Shown here: one piece after another, positions 1 through 13,188 of the stretch
Numbering within the stretch: the stretch's first letter is position 1
How the letters are laid out: every line of letters begins with the position of its first letter
Assembly: GCF_000143415.4 (NCBI RefSeq)
Contig: NW_003314286.1
Span: 1,549,718-1,613,717, forward strand
DNA: 64,000 nucleotides
Direction of reading: 5' to 3'
Source of the DNA: Selaginella moellendorffii
Lineage: Eukaryota > Plantae > Lycopodiophyta
Position numbers and translations under genes: made by a program
Notes under the pieces: generated by a model
What the model saw: the letters and a program-made list of their open reading frames with translations, nothing else
Databases searched by the model: none
Told to the model about the DNA's origin: nothing

Positions 1-1439
1 GTGGAGGAAGAGCTGACCTGGAAAGAGCCCGTCCAAAGAGTGCAAGCACTTGCAGAGAAAGGTCTCAAGGAAGTTCCTCCATCTTATATACGGCCTGTAT
101 CAGAGCGCCCCTGTCTGGATAAGCAGATCCATCTCGGTGACGATGGTTCAATCCCGGTTATTGATTTCTCTGGCCTGGAAGATCACCGAAGAGAGGATAC
201 CATGGATCAAATCTCGCGTGCCTGTGAGGAATGGGGGTTCTTCCAGCTGATCAACCACTGTGTTCCTGTACCCGTCATGGACCGCACCGTTGCAGCAGCC
301 AGAGAGTTCTTTGATCTTCCACTCGAGGAGAAACAGGTATATGCTAACAAGCCTTGGTCGTTGGTAGGCTACGGGAGCCGCATAGGAGTGACGGAGGGAG
401 CCATCCTCGACTGGGGCGATTACTTTCTCCATTATCTCTGGCCTCTGGACAAGCGAGACGTTGATCAGGAATGGCCTAGAAAACCAGCTTCATACGTGTA
501 AGTTCTTCACCCTGTTCATGCTTTGGAAGGAAAAACAGAATGACACTTACCAGCATTTGAGTCCAAAGTTGTCCATTTGGTTGCCATCTCTCAGCACCAA
601 AAATTCAATCATCCTTTCTCGATTTCCAGCTATAAACATCAGGCGCCTCATAGCTTTAGCCGCAAAGATTGCCGGAAATTTCACAAAAAAACTTAGCAAA
701 ACACTTACTTGGATCTTTCCTTTTGCTGCGCAGGGAGACCCTGGACGAATACACTCACGCGCTCCACAATCTTTGTAGCCGCTTGCTGGAAGCTCTATCC
801 GAGAGCCTAGGGCTGCGAAAGGATTACATTGGCGAGATCTTTGGATGGCCGGACACAAACCTGGTGCTGCGCATCAACTACTACCCGCCGTGCCCGTCGC
901 CAGATCTCACGCTTGGCGTCGGCTCTCACTCCGACGGCGGTGTTATCACATTCCTCCTCCACGACAACGTCCCCGGCCTCCAGGTTATCTTAAACCCTAA
1001 ACTTGAGTTTTGGCGCCAAAAGCAGTCTTTTAAAAATTTGGGGGAATTTTTCTCTTCCAGGTTCGCAAGGGAGATCGCTGGCTGCTGCTGGAGCCGATCC
1101 CCAACGCGATCGTGGTGAACATCGCGGACCAATTGCAGGTGTGATCCACGATTCCGAGCGAAATTTTGAGGGATTTCAGCAACATTTTCCTGCCAGATTC
1201 TCAGCAATGGGCGATTCAAGAGCGTGGAGCATCGCGTAGCGGTGAACAAGGACACCGTGCGAATGTCCCTGGCGACGTTTTGCAATCCAGATGTGGACAC
1301 GATCATCGCTCCAGCCGAGGATCTCGTGAACGATGATAATCCCGCGCTCTACAGAGCCATGACCTATGGCGAATTTTTGGAGTCGCTCTGTAGGGATGGA
1401 TTGAAAGGGAAGGACTATGTGGAGTCCTTCCGGAGATGA
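1..1439 (+). CDS. 2-oxoglutarate/Fe(II)-dependent dioxygenase (DOXC class; JOX/ANS/SRG1-like), 5' end truncated by the window
   Basis: Exons ~<1-497, 734-983, 1061-1138, 1197-1439 with GT-AG introns. Motifs: DIOX_N (ACEEWGFFQLINH), NYYPPCP, HSD...H (HSDGG, EHRVAVN) and RxS (RMSLATF). Confidence 0.93.
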
Positions 1440-1607
1440 GAGTTTTGTGTTGATGCGGGGGTTCGAAACTCTATATCATCATATTTTCATTGCGAACGGA
1501 GGTTCGAATCTCACCCTGGACACTAAGAATCTAATTTTGTTTTGGCTGGATATTCCATTTTATTTTGCTCGAGAGGAGGAAGGAGAAAGGGTTCGCCCGG
1601 AGCGGCG

Positions 1608-4600
1608 ATGGATCCTTTCGAGAGTTTCTTCCGCCAGGCGGATGTGGACGGCGACGGCAGGATCAGCGGGATGGAAGCTATCGCCTTCTTCCGGGGCGCC
1701 GGATTGCCGCAGATCGTCTTGGCCAAGGTATGAATTCGCGCTCGCTTTGTCCCGGATTTAGGTCTTTGGAAATGCCTGCATTCTCCGGACGAGCTGGACG
1801 ATGGTTTTCCCGGGCGGCTGAATCGATTTCTTTGCGCATTCTTGACAGATCTGGCAGCTCGCGGATCAAGCGCAGCGAGGGTTCCTCACAAAGCCAGAGT
1901 TCTTCCACGCGTTGAAGCTCGTCACTGTCGCGCAGTCTGGGAGAGAATTAACTCCGGAGATCTCCAGAGCCGCATTGCTAGGGCCAGCGTCTACGCAAAT
2001 CCCACCTCCAAGAATAATTCCAGCTCAAGCGCCAGTGTCCTCGCCTTCGCCACCGCCAGCGTATAGACCACCTTTGCAAAACCAACGAGTAAGTTATACT
2101 GGGCAGCAGCCGGGCCTCACTCCAGAGCCTCCGGCTCGCCCGTTCCAGCCACCACCTCCAGTTCCAGTTGCTACCACCAGCGCCGCCACTCCAGATGCTT
2201 TCGGTGCTCCATCGTTCCAGGCATTCCCGGAAGCTCCAAAGCCTCTGGTCAGCCAAGTTTCCACGTCCTCGATTCTTGGAGCAACCCCGAGCTCGAGCAC
2301 GACTCCAACTAGTGTGTCTAGTGCTCCAGCGGCTTCTTCGACTCCAACGTCCTTTGCTGCCGATGGCTTTGGAGGTGAATCATTCAAAGCTTCTCCATCC
2401 CCGCGGCCTGTGCTTCCCGATGACTTTGGAGGTGATTCATTTTCTGCGGATTCTAGCCAGGCAATCGTTCCAGTCGCAACACTTGGTCCTAGCCCGACCG
2501 TTGGTCTCGGTACGGCCATTGTTCCAGTTACAGCGCTAGCTCCGACGCCTCCTCCGGTGCAGACTTTCGGCCAACCAGTTGACGTTCCGAGTTCTCCTGC
2601 AAGGCCTTATGCGCCACCGGTTCAAAATATCCATCATACCTGGCCGAAGATGACACAAGGAGATATCGAACGCTACAGCCAAGCATTTGCCAGTGTGGAC
2701 TCTGATAGAGATGGGAAAGTTCGTGGGGATCAAGCGCGGGACGTGTTCTTGAGCTGGGGTCTTCCCAGAGGTAAGTTTGTGTTCTTATTTCAATGGAAGT
2801 GAAGTGCTTGTTTTTACAGACGTGCTGAAGAAGATATGGGATTTGTCCGACCAAGATGGAGATAGTATGCTGTCTTTAAGAGAATTCTGTATTGCATTAT
2901 ATTTTATGGAGCGCTATCGAGAAGGTCGACCTCCGCCTTCAGTCTTGCCTGCAGGCTTCTTACCCGAAAATCCATCTCCTTCTCCACAGCAGTTTGTCCC
3001 TACTCCTGTTAGACCTCCTGTTCTTCCTCCACAACGATCTTTGGGACCTGGTGTTCCAGTCATTCCTCAGGAGACAGGTGCGTAGTTCATTGATTTTTAT
3101 TCTAATCTATCTTTCTAAGTTACATCGTTGCAGGTCCAGTGACGCTACCAGGAAGCCAAGGTGCAGGTCTGATGCCTTTGCAAGCAACTGCAGATTCTGC
3201 TCCACCTGCGCAAACTATTCAATATAAGTCTAGAGCTCCTCCACTGGAACCGGAGCTTGTAACGCAGCTCAATAGGGACGATCAGGGGAATTTGAAGTCA
3301 AAATATCAGGAGGCGGAAATTTTGGACAGAAAGGTATTGTTTCTTGTATCAACTTGTTTCTTTACATTTCTTTCCTTGTATATAGGTGTTCGATCTCGAC
3401 AAAGACATAAAACACGCTACCGAAATGATCGATTTTTATCGAGCGAAATTGCAAGAAATAGTTGAGACTTTAAAGCTCTACTCGTAGTAAGACTTACGCG
3501 TGTTTTTTCATCTTCTAGATACTGTTCAAAACTAGAACTGATAATCACCTGCTGGAGATCACTGAGAGAGTAGCTTCCGACAAGCGTGAGGTTTGTAGGT
3601 GTGGCCGCACTTGTTTTTGCTCACTGATAGATAAAGTGCAGGTTGAGGCGTTGCGCAAAAAATATGATCAAAAGTTCCAGCAAGCTGGTGAATCCAACTC
3701 GCGGCTTTTAGCTGAAGAGGCTGCATTTCATGATATACAGGTTTAGCTTTCAAGTCTTACATTCTTTTTATACTAATCCCTTTTCACCAGAGAAGAAAAA
3801 TGGAACTTTACACCGCCATAGCAAAGATCGACCAAAGCGCAAAGAAGGAGGGGCTTCAGGAGCGTGCAGAAGAAATATCTGGCGATTTGAATGAGCTAAA
3901 GACGTTGCTGAATCAACGAGCAAAGAAGCTTGGCTTGCGTGCGAGACCTTCCTCTGCTATGGAGCTGCCATTTGGTAAAATTTTATGCTAGTTATTTGGA
4001 TTTTTAAGACTGGCTTTTCCAGGATGGCAGCCAGGTATTCAAGAAAACGCTGTGGATTGGGATGATTGGGACAAATTCGACGATGAAGGTTCGTGTTCTG
4101 CGTGAAGACATAAAGCGTTGAATAATTTGGTTTTATAGGCTTTTCTTATTTTCAACAAGTCGAAGAAACGAAGAAGCCTGCCGAAGAGAAGAAGGTGGCC
4201 GAAGAAAAGAAAGCTGCCGACAAGAAAGCGGAAGATAGTCCTTCAGAAAATGGTTCTACTGAAACTCTCAAGGAGAACCACGTGGAAGAGAAGAGTCCAG
4301 ACGCTAACACACTCGAAGAGAAACCGGAAGAGAATGCTCCGGAAAAACCAGAGGAGAAACCAGTAGAACACGAGCAAGTTCCCCCTGAAAGGTAAACATT
4401 TTGGATCGTGGTAAGGAGAACTTAACATGTTTTCGTCCAGCAGAAAGAACTCGGTGCCGGACTGGTCGAGCGTGTTTGGCGACGAGCCCGCTTGGAACTT
4501 GAGCCAGGTAAATCTCCTTCGCGAAAACTTACAACAAGCATTCGAGCTTTGTTTTCTCCAGGACTTCGGGAAGAATGCTGCTGTGGACGGACAAGTATCC

Positions 4601-4903
4601 TCGTCGGGAGGTTTCATGGGTCTGAGATCCATCAAAACTTCCACCTCTGCTGCGACGAGCATAGCCGGCGATGCATCAGTCCCAGAGACGCCGCTCTTCA
4701 GCACTCTGTCACCTCCGACGCTGGACGATCAACGGAGCGTGAGAGGGGGCGATGAATCCGTCCCCGAGACACCGCTCTTCAAGTCCCCGGATCAACAGGG
4801 CAGCCGGAGTTCGTTCGCGAGATTCGACTCGTTCGGCCACCACGGCAGTTTTGACGATCCGGGCACCTCGTTCGATGGCACGAACCAGTGGAGCACATTT
4901 TAG
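1608..4903 (+). CDS. EH-domain endocytic adaptor (AtEH/Pan1-like): two EH/EF-hand domains, Pro-rich linkers, coiled coil
   Basis: FFRQADVDGDGRISGMEAIAFFRGAGLPQIVLAK; second EH domain DSDRDGKVRG...WDLSDQDGDSMLSLREFCIALY; ELPFGWQPGIQENAVDWDDWDKFDDEG; many short GT-AG introns; stop at 4901-4903. Confidence 0.9.
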
Positions 4904-5014
4904 GAAAGGTTTTTACCCGCCATTCATTCATGGAATACAGTGAGCTTTTTTGCGTTTAAAAAATTTGACTGTTACAAGTGGGCACGATGGAGGATTTTAG
5001 GGTTCTTCGAGACG

Positions 5015-5460
5015 ATGGAGGATTCTCCTCCTCCTCCTCCTCCTCCTCATTCCCTTGTTGATTCTTCTTCTCTGGCGAAGGCGATGGGGGGCTTGGCGCT
5101 CAACCTCGCCAGCGTCGCGCGCGGGGAGCTCCAGGTGCGTGGAATGCCGGCGGCGAGGAATCGCGAGATTTTGCGAGAGATTTCTTAGGTTTGTCCTGGC
5201 AGGGCGCCGGCACCCACGCGGAGCTGATCGAGAAACTCAATCTCAAGGTGGGCACCGAGTACGACGACTACGCCGATTTCGCGTCGGGGCTGCTCGTGTT
5301 TGTGGAGCGGCTCAAGCAGCAGAACGAGTCGCTGTGCAGCAACCTCAAGGTCATCCAGGAGATCGACGACGAGGTCCGGCACCTGGAAGCCATCGTCTCC
5401 ACGCTCGACGGCTACACTGCCACTCTCGAGACCAAAATTAAAAACGCTTACAACGCTTGA
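5015..5460 (+). CDS. BLOC1S2: Biogenesis of lysosome-related organelles complex 1 subunit 2
   Basis: Two exons (5015-5134, 5203-5460). LIEKLNLKVGTEYDDYADFASGLLVFVERLK...EAIVSTLDGYTATLETKIKNAY matches the plant BLOS2 pattern. Confidence 0.82.
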
Positions 5461-5819
5461 GAGTTACTTGTAGATCTATGATCTATATCACCTCCTATCT
5501 CCTCTTTTTTCCGGGCTAAAGGGGACTATAACATGTTTATCTATCTATGAAAATCTTGTGGGTAATTCTCATTCTTTCAAAAACGCAATATGGAACCTTG
5601 AGCACTGAAAATTTATTTGTTTGTTTGCAATTAAATTTGCGAGTAGATGAAATTCAGACATCTTTAATATTCCATTTTATTTCTAGATCCACTTTCACTA
5701 ACTATAGCATTCCAAGAATGAAATCCACCCAATATATATATTCATTTATTCATATATTATTTACAAAGTTTTACAATGCCATAATACCCCACAAGGAGCA
5801 TAAGACTGACAATCATATG

Positions 5820-7594
5820 TCATATAACCTCTTTTTGCTTTAGCAACCCAACAGTTTGCAGATAATACCTGATCCGCTTGGTTAGCCAAATCACGGACGA
5901 CTCTGACACAAGAGACATAACAGCCCAGAAGCCGCCACATAATCCAACAGCTACACCGACCGCAAATGCTTTACCATCAACAAAATTGCCATTCTCATGT
6001 TCCTTGGACAGTGACGATGAATCTTCAGGTTCAACCGTGCATGCCTTGTTCAGAAGACTGCCACACAATCCTGGGTTTCCAGCAAAGGCTGAAATGTCAT
6101 TGAATGTGCTGAATTGTGCTGATGTCGGGATCGGTCCAGAAAGGTTGTTGTTGGAGACATTGAAGTATGACAGGGATGTCAAACTAGTGAGCTGGGGAGG
6201 AATCTGACCGCTGAGCTGATTATCGTAGAGCTGGAGGAGTATGAGGCGAGTTGCATCCGCTAAAGTGGACGGAATGGGGCCGGACAGCATGTTGTCACAC
6301 AGCCAAAGGTGTTGAAGGTTTTGCAGCTGTCCAAGCTCGGGTGGTATGGATCCGCTTAGCTTGTTCTCGCACAGGTCCAGCACCGTGGGGAAGAAATCAT
6401 AAGAGTAGGAAAGTATCTTCGCTGCATCACCACCTGAAGGAGATAGATTGTTTTGAAGTTGCACACCGCTAAGGTCGGGATCAAATTGAGGTTTCATGGG
6501 AAACTTCAGATAATTGAGACTTCCCAGCTGTGGAGGAATGCTTCCAGTGAATCTGTTTCGGTACAGAATAAGGTGCCTGAGATTCGTGAAGTTTCCAAGC
6601 CAGGGAGGTATGGGACCTTCCATCCGATTTGTTGACACTGAGAGATACCTGAGCGAGGCCATGTTCTTCACTGCGTCTGGAAATGGACCGCTAAGCGAGT
6701 TGTAGCCAACATCCAGCATCTTCAGTGACGTGAGTCCACTGAAGCTTGGAGGCAGATTACCTGTGAGATTGTTTGCAGTGAGGGCAAGAATCCTGAGGTT
6801 GGACAGGTTGCCTATGCTGCTGGATATTTCACCACTGAGGACGTTCCTCATAAGAGCCATCTTGCGCAAGAGGGTGCAGTTGGAAATCTCGGGTGGGATA
6901 GAACCGCTGAGCTGATTAGATGCGAGAATCAAATGCTGAAGATTTGTGAGATAGCCAAGCTCAGGCGGTATAGAGCCACTCAAAGCGTTGCCTCCCAGAT
7001 CAAGTTCCCGGAGTTGCACGAGATTCCAAAGGCCTGCAAAATGAACTTAACGATCAACATACGAGAGAAGCCATTGTGCAGAAAAGCCCCTAGACCTTGA
7101 GGAATGGAGCCTGTCAGATCGTTTTGCCCCAGATTAAGGTACTTGAGCGCCCGGATGGTCGAAATGCTTTGGGGTATGCTGCCAGACAAAGAATTATTGC
7201 GCAGATTGAGCACCTGAAGACGGGAGGAGGCATTGTACTGACAGCCATCAAAGGTGAGGTGTCCACTGAGATTGTTGTTGGAGAAATCTGCAAACTGAAG
7301 CAAAGGGAGTCTACACCAAACAGGCCACAACTTTCCGCTCAGACCGGCACCCGTCAGGTTCAACTTGAGCACAAGATCGCTCCGCTTGTTCCAGACAATT
7401 CCTCTCCAGGAACTTGGATGCCCTGAATCATTCCAGCTCGATAGTGTAGCTCGTGTTTGCTCATCCAGTGTATCCTTGAAACAGAGCAGCAATGACTTAT
7501 CTCCAGATGCTTTTGAACAAACGTGCTCAGGTTTGCAGGATCGGGGCCACTGCAGTGCACTAAGCACCAGAACCAGCAACATCAAATGCGCCAT
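5820..7594 (-). CDS. LRR receptor-like protein (signal peptide, LRRNT, extracellular LRRs with island domain, TM, short tail, no kinase)
   Basis: Plant LRR repeats LxxNxLSGxIP; GNPGLCG cap; TM AFAVGVAVGLCGGFWAVM; one intron ~7034-7095. Confidence 0.9.
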
Positions 7595-8153
7595 TGCAAG
7601 AACGGTGGAGTCTATTCTGCTCAAGAAACCGAAACCAACTATATATAGTGAAGGAAGAATTGGACAAACACCTGAAGATTTAGGAACAGGCAAATTGGAT
7701 GAATGGAAAATTTGGAATGGATTACAGAGAGCGTCACAGAGAAAGAAGTTTCCAAACAAAATACGTGTTCTTGAAAGGAAAATGAGTTCACACTGTCCCG
7801 CTAAAAGGAGGCGTGCCGAATTGTCCTAAGCACACCATCTCCAGGTTGCGACGGATCAGCTCAAGTCACCATCAACTCCAGCAGTGACTCTTGCTCGCTT
7901 TGCCGTCAACTACGGGTGCGCCTCTACTCAACGTTCACACGCACGACTTGCCCACCTTAACATCTGAAGATGCGGCAAAGTACCTCAAAGACATGTAGGA
8001 ACGCAGGCCTAATTGCAGTCAGCCCTCAAGAGAGATGTAGTAAGTGTGAGGACAAACTTAGTGAAAAATTTAGTATGCTGCGGTCACTACCAGCAAAGGT
8101 TGGATCCGTTGCGAAAGAGGCGGGCGATGGTGCTCCTGACGCTCCTGAACCTT

Positions 8154-8189
8154 GGAGATCAACGATGAGGTCCGGCACTGGAAGCCATC
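8154..8189 (+). pseudogene. 36-bp fragment copied from BLOC1S2 exon 2
   Basis: ggagatcaacgatgaggtccggcactggaagccatc vs 5358-5394 ggagatcgacgacgaggtccggcacctggaagccatc (2 substitutions, 1 deletion). Confidence 0.75.
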
Positions 8190-8430
8190 TCTGAAAATCT
8201 TGGGTGGGTCTGGGATTCTTTCATCGATCTGTAAATTCATGGGCCAACAATCCGTTCGAGATTGACACGCACATCAGTCAGGAACTTAGGGCTCCTCAGA
8301 AGCCACTTAGAAGCAAGCACGTAGGCTCGATTTCTCCGCGTGGCGCGTCACGACGCGTTTCGTACGCATACCGTACGGCGGTCCCGAGCACTATATTGAG
8401 GGAGCTTTCGATAGGTTTCTTGTGAGAACT

Positions 8431-10089
8431 ATGGGAGCCGGGAGATTGAGCGGCAGCCTGGAAGTGACGCTGGTCTCGGCCACGCTGCTACGATCCGAAG
8501 GTAAGATCGCATCGATCTCGGGAGTGGAAAGGTTTTGAGATCTTTTCTCTTGTTTTTGCCCCAGATTCGCTAGATACTTACGCGACTGTGCGATGTGGAA
8601 CGCATCAGTCTACTACTCACACCGCCAAAGGTATGCTCGTTTTCTAGCTCCAGAAATTTTTTAGCTTTGAGGTTTCTATCCAGATCAGGGAGGTCTCCCT
8701 AGCTGGAACAAGGTTTTCAAGTTTAAACTCGATGATGAAAACGAAGCCGAGACTATTCTTGTGGAGGTTTTCGGTGTCAAGCCCGAGCTGGATGAGCTCA
8801 TCGGTCTTGTCAGGTAAGAAAAAGTTTTTCCTTCTTGTGGTTTCCGACACTTGATTGAAAAACTGAAACGCAGGATACCGATCTCCAAGGCCGTTTCATC
8901 CGACAGGGAATTGCTCGCATTGACAAAGCCAGGAGGTGGCGAGTCTGGTCAGATCAAAGTTAACTTCAACTGGATTCCTTCCAAGGTAAGCAATTTTCCT
9001 TTCGTCCTTGATCGAGTTTTCATGCCAACTTTCGTGATCTCCACAGGATAGCGAGACCACCAAGGCTTTCCACCCCAGCGCTCCATATCCAGCAGGAATC
9101 GAGACAGCATTCTCCGACTTGAAACTCTCCAAGTCTCAAGAACAGCCTGGTGAAGCTCCATATCCGCCACCACCATCCTACGCTCCTCCCGCCTCCACAG
9201 TCGAGTCCCCGCCATACCCTCCAAGCTATCCTCCAGCATCCGGAAAGAAAGCTCCAGACACTTATCCTCCTTACAGCAGCGATCCAATCTATCCCCCGGA
9301 AGGGGGATCGATCTCACTCCATCCTCCACCGTACCACGCCAGTGACTATCCTCCGCCACCTCCAGTTCCAGCGTTTCCATCGCCAACTTACGCTCCACTC
9401 ACGGAAGAAATAACGAGCCGAGGCCTGGGTGACAAGCAAGACAAAGGCAAGCACGGCTATCCTCCATCCGGCTATCCTCCGCAAGATCCTTACGGCTATC
9501 CTGGTGGCTATCCTCCCGCTCCCGGTGGCTATCCCCCGGCTCCAGGGGGTTACCCCCCGGCTCCTCACGGTGGCGGCGGCTATCCCCCGGCCGGGTATCC
9601 TCCGGCTCCTCCTCACGGTGGCGCCGCTGGATATCCTCCAGCCGGGTATCCATCGTCCTCGGACTCTCGCTTGGGAGGTAAGAAGTTTGCTGGTTTACCC
9701 AAACTTTCATGAAATTAACATTGTATGAACTCACAGGCCATGGAATAGCTGGAGCTATCGCTGGTGCCGCCGCGAATATGCTCGGCGGTGGAGCTCATGG
9801 AGCTCACGGCGGGTATGGCTATGGTCACACTCCCGGTTATGGTCACGCCCCTGGTTATGGTCACGCCCCCGGCTATGGACACGCCCCCGCCCCCTTTGGG
9901 TATGGACACGGCCACGGCCACGGTAAGCATGGTAAGCATGGTAAGCACGGTAAGCACGGGCACTACGGCGGTGGATACATGGTTGGCCATGGCGGTGGTC
10001 ACTATGGTGGTCACCATGGTAAGAAGTTTGGCGGCAAGCACGGGATGTTTGGCAAGCACAAGGGCGGCAAGTACGGCAAATGGAAGTAA
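8431..10089 (+). CDS. C2-domain protein with YPP-repeat region and Gly/His/Lys-rich C-terminus (glycine-rich protein A3-like tail)
   Basis: ATG 8431 GSLEVTLVSATLL; C2-like spliced exons (YATVRCG, PSWNKVFKF, GQIKVNFNW); GYPP repeats; HGHGHGKHGKHGK...GMFGKHKGGKYGKWK stop. Confidence 0.8.
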
Positions 10090-10382
10090 AAGTTGCTCGT
10101 AGCATTATGCTTAACTCTAATCGTTGTTATTCTACTTTAATAAAAATGCCATCGTGTAAATATATTATATTTTACCCCTTGCTCTCGCGCTGGATTGTGT
10201 TTCTACACGCTTGCCGAGGCGACTGCGAGAGAGCGAGCGCGTCCTCCTCGGCGCGCGCCGCGATCTGGGATCCACATTCGCGATCGGATGCCAATTCCGC
10301 TGGCCGGCCGCTCGTTGTAGGGTAAGATCTGAGCTGCGCGTCTAGGGTTTTAGATTCGGCAGAGAGGGAGAGCAAGGGGGAG

Positions 10383-12650
10383 ATGGTCCAGCTGGGAGGA
10401 ATGCGGCGCTGCCTCGCCGCTTGGATCCTGCTCGCGCTCGCCACTGCTGCGAGTGGCTCCCTGCATCGATCGATTCTCAGCGCCCGAGATCACACTTATG
10501 GCGAGAATGACAAGGTCCCTCTCTACGCGAACAAAGTCGGGCCATTCCACAATCCCAGGTAGGATTGGACGGATTTTGGGGATTTTCCTCTTAAGGATTT
10601 TTTTCTGTTGCTCGCAGTGAGACGTACCAGTATTTCGATCTGCCCTTCTGCGAGCCATCAAATCTCAAGCACAAGAGTGAAGATTTGGGTGAGGTTCTTG
10701 AGGGCGACCGAATGGTGACCACTCGGTATAACATCACTTTCAAGACTGACAAAGAGACGGAAGAGCTTTGCTCTTTCAAGCTCGAGCCGGAGACGAAACG
10801 CAAGTTCCGGAGTGCTATTGAGCAAGACTACTACTTCCAGGTTTGCTTTTTCCCCCTTCTGTTGACGTCTAGTACCATTCGCTCACTTTTTTTCTCTGGA
10901 TTTGGCAGATGTTTTTCGATGATCTCCCCTTATGGGGCTTTGTTGGAAAGCTCCAGACCGACGAGAAAAAGGAGGAGCGCTACATGCTTTTCACGCATGT
11001 CCATTTCGAGATCGCATTTAATGACAATCGGGTGATCGAGGTCACTGTGTCAACCGATCCGGATCACGCCGTGGATATCACCGATGATGAGCCCACCGAT
11101 GTGAAGTTCACTTACTCCGTGAAATGGAAGAAGACACCGATCACCTTCGACCGAAGGATGGAAAAGTATCAAAAGTATTCTTTTCTGCCGCAGCATTTGG
11201 AGATCCACTGGTTCTCGATTATCAACTCCTGTGTGACAGTGCTTCTATTGACGGGGTTTCTGGCAACGATTCTCATGCGCGTCCTGAAGAACGACTTTAT
11301 CAAGTTTGGATCTTACCTCTTCACTTTGAGCTTTACTAACGCCTCTAGCTTTTCAGGTATACTAAAGAGGATGAGGAGGATCCAGAGGAAACCGGGTGGA
11401 AATATATCCATGGAGACGTTTTCCGGTTTCCAAACCATCCAAAGTAAGAACTTTTCAAGAGATAGTTCTCTTGTCTCATGTGTGTGGCTTGGCAGTATGT
11501 TTGCGGCTGTTATTGGAAGTGGAACGCAGCTTCTAGTTCTTGCGTTATGTATCTTTGGCTTGGCTCTGGTGGGAGTGTTCTATCCGTATAACAGAGGAGC
11601 GCTCAACACAGCATGCCTCGTAATTTATGCTCTGACAGCTGGTATTTCTGGGTACGTCTCTGCACACTTGTACCGTCAAATGGGAGGTGAAGCCTGGGTA
11701 AGAATAGTTTCCACTTGACTTCCAGGTGTTTGGTATCTCACTCAACTCTGGACTAAACCTTTCAGGTTCGAAATCTCCTGCTCACGGCATCACTTTTTTG
11801 CGGTCCTTTGTTTTTGGTATTTTGCTTCAACAACACCGTTGCTATATCATACCGGTCTACGGCTGCACTTCCGTTTGGAACTATCGTGATCATCTTCATT
11901 ATCTGGGCGCTCGTCACGTTCCCCTTGACAGTAAGTATACTCGGGCGTCCTGCCTTGCGTTTATTCATCTTTTTGCTTTCCTTGTAAAGGTTCTTGGAGG
12001 AATTGCTGGCAAGAACAACAAGAATGAATTTTACGCACCTTGCAGGACCAAAAAGTTCCCGAGAGAGATTCCTGCGCTTCCGTGGTATCGGAAAACCATC
12101 CCTCAGGTGATTGAAACTTCTCTACTTGGTTCCAGTTAGTTGCTCACAACGCACGCTTTGCCGCAGATGTGCATGGCCGGTTTCCTTCCTTTCAGCGCCA
12201 TCTATATCGAGCTGTACTATATTTTCGCCAGTGTCTGGGGGCACAAGATCTATACAATTTACAGCATTCTATTCATCGTCTTCATCATTCTGATCATCGT
12301 GACTGCGTTCATCACCATCGCTCTCACGTATTTCCAGCTCGCAATCGAAGATCACGAATGGTGGTGGAGGTGAGCTTTTTCTCGTTCTCTCTTTCTGATG
12401 GAAGAACTCAAATCAATCGCTCGCTCGCAGGTCGGTCTTTTGTGGTGGATCCACTGGCCTGTTTGTCTACGGCTACTGTTACTACTACTACTTTGCGAGA
12501 TCGGACATGACCGGCCTGATGCAAACTTCCTTCTTCTTCGGCTACATGGCGTGCGTGTGCTATGGTTTCTTTTTGATGCTTGGCTCCGTGGGATACAGGG
12601 CCTCGCTCCTCTTCGTCCGCCACATCTACAGAGCGATCAAATGCGAATAA
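10383..12650 (+). CDS. Transmembrane 9 superfamily / endomembrane protein 70 (TMN/EMP)
   Basis: Signal peptide, [44 protein letters not shown]-terminal KxE Golgi signal (RAIKCE). Confidence 0.95.
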
Positions 12651-13188
12651 AGAAAACCAGAGAGGTGATTGCTCGGCTGGACTTGAGATCGTTCTTGCAT
12701 TTTGTTAGAAAGAAAAACTTCTATGGTATCATAGAAAGCAAACTATAAAGGATATACTTCGAATCGACCAATCGGGAGCTAGCATTTATCATCCGGGATT
12801 TGCGAGAAGCTGTGATATCCATTGTGGGTATTTGCCGGGCGCTAGATTCGATCACCAACTCCTTTGGGTTGCCCATTTGGACTTTGTTGCGTGGATTGAC
12901 GATGGAGCTCTTGCCTCTCCAGAGATTTGTGGAAGTCTTTGGGTGAGGTTCGCTGTGCTTTCGTCATTGGAGGGGGGCGAATATGCTTCCATATCCCTCG
13001 CAAAATCCTAAAGTCTGGAACCCTAACAGGGGGCAGAAGGGAAAAAAGGGAGCCGAGCAGTCGAGATTGCGGCTTAGGGCGGGGCGAGCTCGCTGCTGCG
13101 CACCAGGGTTTGGATCGGCCGCTCCGCGATCGAGGTAGAAATTCTAGAATGCGGTGAAGCTACGGGCTGGGCTGATTGCGCTGCTGAA

